Positions 14,501 to 31,466 of a DNA stretch of 64,000 bases are shown here, piece by piece. The DNA comes from the human T2T-CHM13v2.0 reference genome, Homo sapiens, in NCBI RefSeq assembly GCF_009914755.1, contig NC_060948.1; one strand, written 5' to 3'. Within the stretch, counting starts at the first letter, position 1; the number at the start of each line of letters is the position of its first letter. Under the pieces are notes generated by a model that ran no database searches, had not been told where the DNA came from, and saw only the letters and a list, made by a program, of their open reading frames with translations. The position numbers and the translations under genes are program-made.

Positions 14501-17500
14501 CGAATATAATGGAGTCGAATGAAATGGAATTGAAAGGAATGGGATCGAATACAATGGAATATACTGGAATGTAATGTAATGAACTCGAATGTAATTGACT
14601 GGAATGGAATGTACATGAATGGAATGTAATCGAATGGAAAGTAATCCAATGGAATAGAATCTAATGCAATAAAATCGACTCAGATAGAGTAGAATGTAAT
14701 GGAATGGAGTGCAGTGCAATGGAATGGAATGGAATGGAATGCAATGGAATGGAATGGAATGGAATGGAATGGAATGGAATGGAATGGGATGGAATGGGAT
14801 GGAATGGATAGTAATGGACTGGAGTGAAATGGACTGGAAAGGAATGGACTCAAATTGAAAGGGCTCGAAAGGAATGGAGTCAAATGGAATGGTCTGGAAT
14901 GGAATGAACACGAATGTAATGCAATCCAATAGAATGGAATCGAATGGCATGGAATATAAAGAAATGGAATCGGAGAGAATGGAAACAAATGGAATGGAAT
15001 TGAATGGAATGGAATTGAATGGAATGGGAACGAATGGAGTGAAATTGTATGCAGTAGAAGGGAATAGAATGGAATGCAAGCGAAAGGAAAGGAATGGATT
15101 GGAATGGAATGGAATTCATTGGAATGGAAGGGAATGTAGTGTAATGGACAGGCCTGGAATAAAGTGGAATGCTACGGTCTCGAATGGAATAAAAATGTAT
15201 GGAATGGAATGCAATGAAAAGGAATCGAATGTCATAGAATGTAATGGAATGCAACAAAATGGAATCCAAAATCATTGACTGGAAAGGCTGGGTGTCGAAA
15301 GGAATTGACTCCAATGGAATGGAATCGAATGGAATGGAAGTGAATAGAATCGAACTAAATCGAATGGAATGGAATTGATAGGAACGGAATGGAAAGGAAT
15401 GCAATGATTTGGCATGGAATGGAATCGAATGGCATCGAATGGAATGGAATGGAATGCAATGGAATGGAATGTATTAGAATGTAATGAACTTTAATGGAAT
15501 GTACTCGAATGGATTCGACTGGAATGGAATGTTCTGGAAGTGAATGGACTCCAATGGAATGGATTCCAAAGGAATGGAATCGTACGGAATGGAATCTAAT
15601 GGAATGGAATTAAATGGAAATGAATCAAATTGAATAGCACGGAATTGAATTGAATGGAATGGAATGCAATGGAATCTAACGAAACGGAAAGGAAAGGAAT
15701 GCAATGGAATGGAATGGGCTGGAATGGAAAGGAATCGAAACGAATGGAATGGAATCGAACTGAAGAGACTGGAATGGAATGCACTGGAATGGAAGGGAGT
15801 GTAATGGAAGGTTCTCGAAAAAATTGAATCGAATGGAATGGAATTGAATGGAACGGAATAGAGTCGAATGGAATTGAATGGGATGGAATGGACTAGAGTG
15901 AAATGGAATCGAACCACAAGGAATGGACAGGAATAGAATGGTCTCGAATTGAATGGAATCGTATGGAATGGCATCAAACGGAATGGAATGGACAGCCACG
16001 GAATGGAATGCACTCGAATGCAATGGAGTCGAAACTAATGGACTGGAATAGAATGGACTCGACTGGTACGGACTCCAATGGAATGGAATCGAATGGAAGG
16101 GAATTGAACGGAATGGACTCGAAGGGACAAGACTGCAATGGAAAGGTCTCGAATGGAATGGAAATTAATGGAATGGAATGGAATCGAATGAAATGGAGTC
16201 AAAAGGAATGGAATCGAATGGCAAGAAATCGAATGTAATGGAATCGCAAGGAATTGATGTGAACGGAACGGAATGGAATGGAATCCAAAGGAATGGAATA
16301 GAATGGAATGGAATCGAATGGAAAGGACTCGAATGGAAATCACTCGAATAGAATGCAATTTAATAAAATAGGATCAAATGTAATGGAATGGAATGGAAAG
16401 GAATCGAAACGAAAGGAATGGAGACAGATGGAATGGAATGGAACAGAGAGCAATGGTATAGAATGGAATGGAATCATCTGGAATGGAATTGAATGGAATG
16501 GAATAATATGAAATGGAATGGAATGGAATGGAATGGAATGCCCTTGAATTAAATGGACTGGAATGGAATGGACTCGAACAGAGTGGAATGGAAAGTGTTG
16601 AGATAGAATGGAATGGACTCCTTTGGAATGGTCTAGTATGCAATGCAATCGACTGGTAGGGAATCAAAAGGAATGTAATCGAATGGATTGGACTGGAATG
16701 CAATGGACTCGAATAGATTGGAAACGGAATGCAAAGGAATGGAATGGAATAGTATGGAATGGAATGGAAAGGAATGGAGTGGAATAGACTAGAGTGGAAT
16801 GGAATGGACTGGAAAGCAATGGACTGGAATGGAACTTTCTTGAATGGACTGGAATCAAACGGAATGGAATGCAATGCAATCAAATGGCATGGAATAAAAT
16901 AGAATGAAAGAGAATCAAATGGAATTGAATCGAATGGAATCGAATGGATTGGAAAGGAATAGAATGGAATGGAATGGAATGGACTCAAATGGAATGGACT
17001 AGAATGGAATGGATTCGAATGGAAGGCAAAGGAATGGAATCTATTGGAATGGACTGTAATGGAATGGAATGGAAGGGATTGGAATGGACTCGAATGGAAT
17101 GGACTGCAATAGAAAGGATTCGAATGGAATGAAAAAGAATTGAATGGAATAGAACAGAATGGAATCAAATCGAATGAAATGGAATGGAATAGAAAGGAAT
17201 GGAATGAAATGGAATGGAAAGGATTCGAATGGAATGCAATCGAATGGAATGGAATCGAACGGAATGGAATAAAATGGAAGAAAACTGGCAAGAAATGGAA
17301 TCGAAATGAATGGAGTGTTATGGAACGGACTCAAAAGGAATTGAATGTAATAGAATGGAGTGGAGTGGACTCGAATATAATGGACTGGAATGGAATGAAA
17401 TCACATGGAATGGGAACGAATGGAATGGAATGGAAAGGAATGGAATCGAATGGAAAGGAATCGAATGGAAGGGAATGAAATTGAATCAACAGGAATGGAA

Positions 17501-20500
17501 GGGAATAGAATAGACGGTAATGGAATGGACTCGAATAGAATGGACACGAATGCTCAAATTGAATGGACTCGAATGGAATGGAAACGAAAGGAATGTCATC
17601 GAATGGAATTGAATCGATTGGAATGAAATCGCATAGAATGGAGTGGAATCAAATGGAATTGAATCGAAAGGAAAGGAAGCGAATGGACTGAAATGAAATG
17701 GAATGGAATTGAATGGAAAGTAATGCAATGGAATAGAATGGAACGAAATTTCACGGAATGGAATCAAACTGAATGGAATCAAATCAATGGAATCCAATCA
17801 AATGGAATGGAGTAGATTGGATTGGATGGGAGTGGAATGAAATGTACTGGAAAGGACTCGAATTTCATGAAACGGAATGGAATGAATTGGAACGGAATGG
17901 ACTCGAATGGAATGGAATGTCATAGAATGGCATCAAATGGATTGGCATCAAATGGAATGGAATCGAATGCAATGGAATGCTATGGAATGGAATGGAATGC
18001 ATTGGAATGGAATGTCCTCTAATGGAATGGATTCGAGTGGAATGGAATCGAATATAATGGAGTCGAATGAAATGGAATTGAAAGGAATGGGATCGAATAC
18101 AATGGAATATACTGGAATGTAATGTAATGAACTCGAATGTAATTGACTGGAATGGAATGTACATGAATGGAATGTAATCGAATGGAAAGTAATCCAATGG
18201 AATAGAATCTAATGCAATAAAATCGACTCAGATAGAGTAGAATGTAATGGAATGGAGTGCAGTGCAATGGAATGGAATGGAATGGAATGCAATGGAATGG
18301 AATGGAATGGAATGGAATGGAATGGAATGGAATGGAATGGGATGGAATTGTATGGAATGGATAGTAATGGACTGGAGTGAAATGGACTGGAAAGGAATGG
18401 ACTCAAATTGAAAGGGCTCGAAAGGAATGGAGTCAAATGGAATGGTCTGGAATGGAATGAACACGAATGTAATGCAATCCAATAGAATGGAATCGAATGG
18501 CATGCAATATAAAGAAATGGAATCGAATAGAATGGAAACAAATGGAATGGAATTGAATGGAATGGAATTGAATGGAATGGGAACGAATGGAGTGAAATTG
18601 TATGCAGTAGAAGGGAATAGAATGGAATGCAAGCGAAAGGAAAGGAATGGATTGGAATGGAATGGAATTCATTGGAATGGAAGGGAATGTAGTGTAATGG
18701 ACAGGCCTGGAATAAAGTGGAATGCTACGGTCTCGAATGGAATAAAAATGTATGGAATGGAATGCAATGAAACGGAATCGAATGTCATAGAATGTAATGG
18801 AATGCAAAAAAATGGAATCCAAAATCATTGACTGGAAAGGCTGGGTGTCGAAAGGAATTGACTGCAATGGAATGGAATCGAATGGAATGGAAGTGAATAG
18901 AATCGAACTAAATCGAATGGAATGGAATTGATAGGAACGGAATGGAAAGGAATGCAATGATTTGGCATGGAATGGAATCGAATGGCATCGAATGGAATGG
19001 AATGGAATGCAATGGAATGGAATGTATTAGAATGTAATGAACATTAATGGAATGTACTCGAATGGATTCGACTGGAATGGAATGTTCTGGATGTGAATGG
19101 ACTCCAATGGAATGGATTCGAAAGGAATGGAATCGAACGGAGTGGATTCTAATGGAATGGAATTAAATGGAAATGAATCAAATTGAATAGCATGGAATTG
19201 AATTGAATGGAATCGAATGCAATGGAATCTAATGAAACGGAAAGGAAAGAATGGAATGGAATAGAATGGGCTGGAATGGAAAGGAATCAAAACGAATGGA
19301 ATGGAATCGAACTGAAGAGACTGGAATGGAATGCACTGGAATGGAAGGGAGTGTAATGGAAGGTTCTCGAAAAAAATGGAATCGAATGGAATGGAATTGA
19401 ATGGAACGGAATAGAGTCGAATGGAATTGAATGGAATGGAATGGACTAGAGTGAAATGGAATCGAACCACAAGGAATGGAGAGGAATAGAATGGTCTCGA
19501 ATTGAATGGAATCGTATGGAATGGCATCAAACGGAATGGAATGGACAGCCACGGAATGGAATGCACTCGAATGCAATGGAGTCGAAACTAATGGACTGGA
19601 ATAGAATGGACTCGACTGGTACGGACTCCAATGGAATGGAATCAAATGGAAGGGAATCGAACGGAATGGACTCGAAGGGAAAAGACTGCAATGGAAAGGT
19701 CTCGAATGGAATGGAAATTAATGGGATGGAATGGAATCGAATGAAATGGAGTCAAAAGGTATGGAATCGAATGGCAAGAAATCGAATGTAATGGAATCGC
19801 AAGGAATTGATGTGAACGGAACGGAATGGAATGGAATCCAAAGGAATGGAATAGAATGGAATGGAATCGAATGGAAAGGACTCGAATGGAAATCACTCGA
19901 ATAGAATGCAATTTAATAAAATAGGATCAAATGTAATGGAATGGAATGGAAAGGAATCGAAACGAAAGGAATGGAGACAGATGGAATGGAATGGAACAGA
20001 GAGCAATGGTATAGAATGGAATGGAATCATCTGGAATGGAATTGAATGGAATGGAATAATATGAAATGGAATGGAATGGAATGGAATGGAATGCCCTTGA
20101 ATTAAATGGACTGGAATGGAATGGACTCGAACAGAGTGGAATGGAAAGTGTTGAGATAGAATGGAATGGACTCCTTTGGAATGGTCTAGTATGCAATGCA
20201 ATCGACTGGTAGGGAATCAAAAGGAATGTAATCGAATGGATTGGACTGGAATGCAATGGACTCGAATAGATTGGAAACGGAATGCAAAGGAATGGAATGG
20301 AATAGTATGGAATGGAATGGAAAGGAATGGAGTGGAATAGACTAGAGTGGAATGGAATGGACCGGAAAGCAATGGACTGGAATGGAACTTTCTTGAATGG
20401 ACTGGAATCAAACGGAATGGAATGCAATGCAATCAAATGGCATGGAATAAAATAGAATGAAAGAGAATCAAATGGAATTGAATCGAATGGAATCGAATGG

Positions 20501-23500
20501 ATTGGAAAGGAATAGAATGGAATGGAATGGAATTGACTCAAATGGAATGGACTAGAATGGAATGGATTCGAATGGAAGGCAAAGGAATGGAATCTATTGG
20601 AATGGACTGTAATGGAATGGAATGGAAGGGATTGGAATGGACTCGAATGGAATGGACTGCAATAGAAAGGATTCGAATGGAATGAAAAAGAATTGAATGG
20701 AATAGAACAGAATGGAATCAAATCGAATGAAATGGAATGGAATAGAAAGGAATGGAATGAAATGGAATGGAAAGGATTCGAATGGAATGCAATCGAATGG
20801 AATGGAATCGAACGGAATGGAATAAAATGGAAGAAAACTGGCAAGAAATGGAATCGAAATGAATGGAGTGTTATGGAACGGACTCAAAAGGAATTGAATG
20901 TAATAGAATGGAGTGGAGTGGACTCGAATATAATGGACTGGAATGGAATGAAATCACATGGAATGGGAACGAATGGAATGGAATGGAAAGGAATGGAATC
21001 GAATGGAAAGGAATCGAATGGAAGGGAATGAAATTGAATCAACAGGAATGGAAGGGAATAGAATAGACGGTAATGGAATGGACTCGAATAGAATGGACAC
21101 GAATGCTCAAATTGAATGGACTCGAATGGAATGGAAACGAAAGGAATGTCATCGAATGGAATTGAATCGATTGGAATGAAATCGCATAGAATGGAGTGGA
21201 ATCAAATGGAATTGAATCGAAAGGAAAGGAAGCGAATGGACTGAAATGAAATGGAATGGAATTGAATGGAAAGTAATGCAATGGAATAGAATGGAACGAA
21301 ATTTCACGGAATGGAATCAAACTGAATGGAATCAAATCAATGGAATCTAATCAAATGGAATGGAAAGGAATTGAATGGAGTAGATTGGATTGGATGGGAT
21401 TGGAATGAAATGTACTGGAAAGGACTCGAATTTCATGAAACGGAATGGAATGAATTGGAACGGAATGGACTCGAATGGAATGGAATGTCATGGAATGGCA
21501 TCAAATGGAATGGCATCAAATGGAATGGAATCAAATGCAATGGAATGCTATGGAATGGAATGGAATGCATTGGAATGGAATGTCCTCTAATGAAATGGAT
21601 TCGAGTGGAATGGAATCGAATATAATGGAGTCGAACGAAATGGAATTGAAAGGAATGGGATCGAATAGAATGGAATATACTGAAATGTAATGTAATGAAC
21701 TCGAATGTAATTGACTGGAATGGAATGTACATGAATGGAATGTAATCGAATGGAAAGTAATCCAATGGAATAGAATCTAATGCAATAAAACCGACTCAGA
21801 TAGAGTAGAATGTAATGGAATGGAGTGCAGTGCAATGGAATGGAATGGAATTGAATGCAATGGAATGGAATGGAATGGAATGGAATGGAATGGAATGGAA
21901 TGGAATGGGATGGAATGGTATGGAATGGATAGTAATGGACTGGAGTGAAATGGACTGGAAAGGAATGGACTCAAATTGAAAGGGCTCGAAAGGAATGGAG
22001 TCAAATGGAATGGTCTGGAATGGAATGAACACGAGTGTAATGCAATCCAATAGAATGGAAACGAATGACATGGAATATAAAGAAATGGAATCGAAGAGAA
22101 TGGAAACAAATGGAATGGAATTGAATGGAATGGAATTGAATGGAATGGGAACGAATGGAGTGAAATTGTATGCAGTAGAAGGGAATAGAATGGAATGCAA
22201 GTGAAAGGAAAGGAATGGATTGGAATGGAATGGAATTCATTGGAATGGAAGGGAATGTAGTGTAATGGACAGGCCTGGAATAAAGTGGAATGCTACGGTC
22301 TCGAATGGAATAAAAATGTATGGAATGGAATGCAATGAAATGGAATCGAATGTCATAGAATGTAATGGAATGCAACAAAATGGAATCCAAAATCATTGAC
22401 TGGAAAGGCTGGGTGTCGAAAGGAATTGACTCCAATGGAATGGAATCGAATGGAATGGAAGTGAATAGAATCGAACTAAATCGAATGGAATGGAATTGAT
22501 AGGAACGGAATGGAAAGGAATGCAATGATTTGGCATGGAATGGAATCGAATGGCATCGAATGGAATGGAATGGAATGCAATGGAATGGAATGTATTAGAA
22601 TGTAATGAACTTTAATGGAATGTACTCGAATGGATTCGACTGGAATGGAATGTTCTGGAAGTGAATGGACTCCAATGGAATGGATTCAAAAGGAATGGAA
22701 TCGTACGGAATGGAATCTAATGGAATGGAATTAAATGGAAATGAATCAAATTGAATAGCACGGAATTGAATTGAATGGAATCGAATGCAATGGAATCTAA
22801 TGAAACGGAAAGGAAAGGAATGCAATGGAATGGAATGGGCTGGAATGGAAAGGAATCGAAACGAATGGAATGGAATCGAACTGAAGAGACTGGAATGGAA
22901 TGCACTGGAATGGAAGGGAGTGTAATGGAAGGTTCTCGAAAAAAATGGAATCGAATGGAATGGAATTGAATGGAACGGAATAGAGTCGAATGGAATTGAA
23001 TGGAATGGAATGGACTAGAGTGAAATGGAATCGAACCACAAGGAATGGAGAGGAATAGAATGGTCTCGAATTGAATGGAATCGTATGGAATGGCATCAAA
23101 CGGAATGGAATGGACAGCCACGGAATGGAATGCACTCGAATGCAATGGAGTCGAAACTAATGGACTGGAATAGAATGGACTCGACTGGTACGGACTCCAA
23201 TGGAAGGGAAAAGAATGGAAGGGAATCGAACGGAATGGACTCGAAGGGAAAAGACTGCAATGGAAAGGTCTCGAATGGAATGGAAATTAATGGAATGGAA
23301 TGGAATCGAATGAAATGGAGTCAAAAGGAATGGAATCGAATGGCAAGAAATCGAATGTAATGGAATCGCAAGGAATTGATGTGAACGGAACGGAATGGAA
23401 TGGAATCCAAAGGAATGGAATAGAATGGAATGGAATCGAATGGAAAGGACTCGAATGGAAATCACTGGAATAGAATGCAATTTAATAATATAGGATCAAA

Positions 23501-25963
23501 TGTAATGGAATGGAATGGAAAGGAATCGAAACGAAAGGAATGGAGACAGATGGAATGGAATAGAACAGAGAGCAATGGTATAGAACGGAATGGAATCATC
23601 TGGAATGGAATTGAATGGAATGGAATAATATGAAATGGAATGGAATGGAATGCCCTTGAATTAAATGGACTGGAATGGAATGGACTCGAACAGAGTGGAA
23701 TGGAAAGTGTTGAGATAGAATGGAATGGACTCGTTTGGAATGGTCTAGTATGCAATGCAATCGACTGGTAGGGAATCAAAAGGAATGTAATCGAATGGAT
23801 TGGACTGGAATGCAATGGACTCGAATAGATTGCAAACGGAATGCAAAGGAATGGAATGGAATAGTATGGAATGGAATGGAAAGGAATGGAGTGGAATAGA
23901 CTAGAGTGGAATGGAATGGACTGGAAAGCAATGGACTGGAATGGAACTTTCTTGAATGGACTGGAATCAAACGGAATGGAATGCAATGCAATCAAATGGC
24001 ATGGAATAAAATAGAATGAAAGAGAATCAAATGGAATTGAATCGAATGGAATCGAATGGATTGGAAAGGAATAGAATGGAATGGAATGGAATGGACTAGA
24101 ATGGAATGGATTCGAATGGAAGGCAAAGGAATGGAATCTATTGGAATGGACTGTAATGGAATGGAATGGAAGGGATTGGAATGGACTCGAATGGAATGGA
24201 CTGCAATAGAAAGGATTCGAATGGAATGAAAAAGAATTGAATGGAATAGAACAGAATGGAATCAAATCGAATGAAATGGAATGGAATAGAAAGGAATGGA
24301 ATGAAATGGAATGGAAAGGATTCGAATGGAATGCAATCGAATGGAATGGAATCGCACGGAATGGAATAAAATGGAAGAAAACTGGCAAGAAATGGAATCG
24401 AAATGAATGGAGTGTTATGGAACGGACTCAAAAGGAATTGAATGTAATAGAATGGAGTGGAGTGGACTCGAATATAATGGACTGGAATGGAATGAAATCA
24501 CATGGAATGGGAACGAATGGAATGGAATGGAAAGGAATGGAATCGAATGGAAAGGAATCGAATGGAAGGGAATGAAATTGAATCAACAGGAATGGAAGGG
24601 AATAGAATAGACGGTAATGGAATGGACTCGAATAGAATGGACACGAATGCTCAAATTGAATGGACTCGAATGGAATGGAAACGAAAGGAATGTCATCGAA
24701 TGGAATTGAATCGATTGGAATGAAATCGCATAGAATGGAGTGGAATCAAATGGAATTGAATCGAAAGGAAAGGAAGCGAATGGACTGAAATGAAATGGAA
24801 TGGAATTGAATGGAAAGTAATGCAATGGAATAGAATGGAACGAAATTTCACGGAATGCAATCAAACTGAATGGAATCAAATCAATGGAATCCAATCAAAT
24901 GGAATGGAGTAGATTGGATTGGATGGGATTGGAATGAAATGTACTGGAAAGGACTCGAATTTCATGAAACGGAATGGAATGAATTGGAACGGAATGGACT
25001 CGAATGGAATGGAATGTCATAGAATGGCATCAAATGGAATGGCATCAAATGGAATGGAATCGAATGCAATGGAATGCTATGGAATGGAATGGAATGCATT
25101 GGAATGGAATGTCCTCTAATGGAATGGATTCGAGTGGAATGGAATCGAATATAATGGAGTCGAATGAAATGGAATTGAAAGGAATGGGATCGAATACAAT
25201 GGAATATACTGGAATGTAATGTAATGAACTCGAATGTAATTGACTGGAATGGAATGTACATGAATGGAATGTAATCGAATGGAAAGTAATCCAATGGAAT
25301 AGAATCATATATGATATATAATATATGTATAATATTGTTTTACATCCTGCATCTTATGTTATATATATTGTATAAAATATAATAATTGATTATATATACT
25401 TTTATAACATAATTTACATAAAATATCATAATATAATATATATTATATTATTTCATATTACATAATATATATTACATATCACCCAATATAAGTAACATAC
25501 ATAATATTATAATATAGATTATATTATGTTATATTAAATATCATATATATTATGTATCATATATTCTATAATATATATTATACATTATATAATATGTATG
25601 TTGTCTATTATGTGATATATATAACTATACATATAATTATATTATTATACGTATAACTAGATAAACATGTAATTCTACATATTTTCATTTATAATATATA
25701 GAATTATATAATCATATATAATTATGTATATTCTATAAAAAATTATATCATTATATAAATTATAATATATAAAAATTATAATATGTACTACAAATATATA
25801 TATTATATATCATATATGATATAGTACCTTTGTTATATATCATAATACATATAAACGTGTATTATGTTATCTATAATTATATAATTTCATATATAAGATG
25901 TATAATATGTGTCATATATTATATATGTTATGTAATATATATAGTATATATAAGATGACACAG

Positions 25964-25973
25964 GATAAATATT
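25964..25973 (+). repeat. Left target-site duplication of the AluY (GATAAATATT)
   Basis: Identical 10-mer at 26253-26262. The empty site in other units reads CAGGATAAATATTATATAC with a single copy. Confidence 0.9.
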
Positions 25974-26298
<325 letters not shown>

Positions 26299-26345
26299 TT
26301 ACATATAAGGCATAGCACATAACATGTAATATATATCATATATAA

Positions 26346-26636
<291 letters not shown>

Positions 26637-27210
26637 AGATCCACATTTTTTAAATGAAAAAAAATTTCAAAGGTACTCTGCTTGGTACAATAATCAAATG
26701 TATAAACTGAGGAATAAAACATAACCATGAAACCTACTTATAACTGCATATGGAAAATACAGAGGATAATTTTTTAAATAACATATTTTGAAAGCCTTAA
26801 CTAGTAATTTGAAGAGTTGGCATTTGAAAGGCCAGTATGAATATACCTTCAAAGCAGCAACACAGGTTCCCCATGAGGAAAAGCAAACTCAGGGAAAATA
26901 AAACCACAAAGGTTCAATCTCTTCTGACCTTTGAAAGACACAGCACAGACAGTGGTCCTTAGGACGAAGAGCAGGAGACCCCTAATTCCGTCACCATGGC
27001 GATAGGGCATAAACATTGCTGGGTGAGGGCACAATCCACATTGTGAGGTCAACTGCTGCCAGGAAGACAGGTGTGCTTTTACATAGACCGAAAGGTCATT
27101 GAAGGCTCAGAGTTTTGTTTCAAGAACTGAATCCCAAGCCCACACGTTATTAGGCTGCGCTTCTTAAAACATGTTATGAGATGGGAAAAAGGGCACCCAC
27201 AAACATACGT
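26637..27210. repeat. HSATI-like non-Alu block of the DYZ2 unit (representative copy; follows every resident Alu)
   Basis: ~570 bp of higher-complexity sequence between the Alu and the AT-rich block, near-identical in 16 copies. The name comes from known DYZ2 composition. Confidence 0.75.
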
Positions 27211-29047
<1,837 letters not shown>

Positions 29048-31151
29048 AGATCCATATTTTGTAAATGAAAAAAAATTTCAAAGGTACTCTGCTTGGTACA
29101 ATAATCAAATGTATAAACTGAGGAATAAAACATAACCATGAAACCTACTTATAACTGCATATGGAAAATACAGAGGATAATTTTTTAAATAACATATTTT
29201 GAAAGCCTTAACTAGTAATTTGAAGAGTTGGCATTTGAAAGGCCAGTATGAATATACCTTCAAAGCAGCAACACAGGTTCCCCATGAGAAAAAGCAAACT
29301 CAGGGAAAATAAAACCACAAAGGTTCAATCTCTTCTGACCTTTGAAAGACACAGCACAGACAGTGGTCCTTAGGACGAAGAGCAGGAGACCCCTAATTCC
29401 GTCACCATGGCGATAGGGCATAAACATTGCTGGGTGAGGGCACAATCCACATTGTGAGGTCCAACTGTTGCCAGGAAGACAGGAGTGCTTTTACATAGAC
29501 TGAAAGGTCATTGAAGGCTCAGAGTTTTGTTTCAAGAACTGAATCCCAAGCCCACATGTTATTATGCTGCGCTTCTTAAAACAAGTTATGAGATGGGAAA
29601 AAGGGCACCCAGAAACATACGTATACATTATGTATATAATAATATACAGTATCATATATATAATATATATAACCTATGTTTAATATTGTTTTACATCCTG
29701 CATCTTATATTATATATGTTGTATAAAATATAATAATTGATAATATATAAGTTTTATATTTATACAATATGACATATAGTATATATTATAATTTATGACA
29801 TATATAATATATGTTATATATCATATATAGAATATATTATACGGTTAATATACGTATTAAATATAAATTATACATTATATATATTACATATAATATATCT
29901 GTTATATATAATACCCATTATGCATAATATATATATTATGTCTATGTTATATATAGTATAAAACAACATATAATAATATATAATTGTATATATAAAATGC
30001 GACATATAGTATATATTATATTTTATGACATATGTAATATAGATTATATATTATATATAATACGTTGTATGTATAATACCTATATTAAATATATATTATA
30101 TGACTATGTTATTAACTACATGTCACATGTGTTATATATTATATATTTTACATAGAATATACCGGTTACATACAATATATACTATGTTACCTATAATGTA
30201 TAATTGATTACATGTAAAATAAAGAATGCAATATATTATGTATAATTTATAATACACAGTATGTGGAATGTGATATATATAACATATAATATATGATATA
30301 TGATATACAGTATAAGATATATAACATACAATATATGATACCTAATATATATGGTATACAATATATATTTTATGATATGAATTCTATATGATTTATATTC
30401 TGTTATATATAACTATTTGAAATTATATATAACTGTATAATATTTTATGTAAATATGTAATATAATATATATAACTATAAAATATATTATATATAACTAT
30501 ATATTATGTTATATATACTTTTATAACATAATTTACACAAATATCATAATATAATATATATTATATTATTTCATATTACATAATATATATTAAATATCAC
30601 CCAATATAAGTAACATACATAATATTAAATTATATATTATATTATGTTATATTAAATATTATATATATCATGTATCATATATTCTATAATATATATTACA
30701 CATTATATAATATGTATGTTGTCTATTATGTGATATATATATCTATATATATAATTATATTATTATACATATAACTAGATAAACATGTAATTCTACATAT
30801 TTTCATTTATAATATATAGAATTATATAATCATATATAATTATTTATATTCTATAAAAAATTATATCATTATATAAATTATAATATATAAAAATTATAAT
30901 ATGTACTACAAATATATATATTATATATCATATATGATATAGTACCTTTGTTATATATCATAATACATATAAATGTGTATTATGTTATCTATAATTATAT
31001 AATTTCATATATAAGATGTATAATATATATCATATACTATATATGTTATGTAATGTATATAGTATATATAAGATGACACAGGATAAATATTATATACTAT
31101 GACATATAAAATATATGAGGTTATATGTTACATATAAGGCATAGCACATAA

Positions 31152-31466
<315 letters not shown>

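Larger units (their letters stand above)
1..25306 (+). repeat. DYZ1: DYZ1 (HSat3, Yq12-type) satellite array, ~3.56 kb higher-order unit of degenerate GGAAT pentamers, ~7.1 copies, truncated by the window start
   Basis: Continuous (GGAAT)n variants. The landmark ACAGGCCTGG (HaeIII GGCC) recurs at 891, 4460, 8038, 11587, 15151, 18704 and 22272, giving periods of 3569, 3578, 3549, 3564, 3553 and 3568. An EcoRI site lies ~39 bp upstream of each (first at 852). This matches the known ~3.56 kb DYZ1 unit. Confidence 0.96.

Noticed and set aside
1-25306. Telomeric repeat or canonical G-quadruplex array
   Set aside because: The repeat is GGAAT rather than TTAGGG, and GGG runs are sparse.
19-25308. 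Numerous ORFs with MEWNG / IPFHS repeats (up to 318 aa)
   Set aside because: These are direct translations of (GGAAT)n/(ATTCC)n, which lacks stop codons. They overlap in several frames, their boundaries shift between units, and no domain is recognisable.
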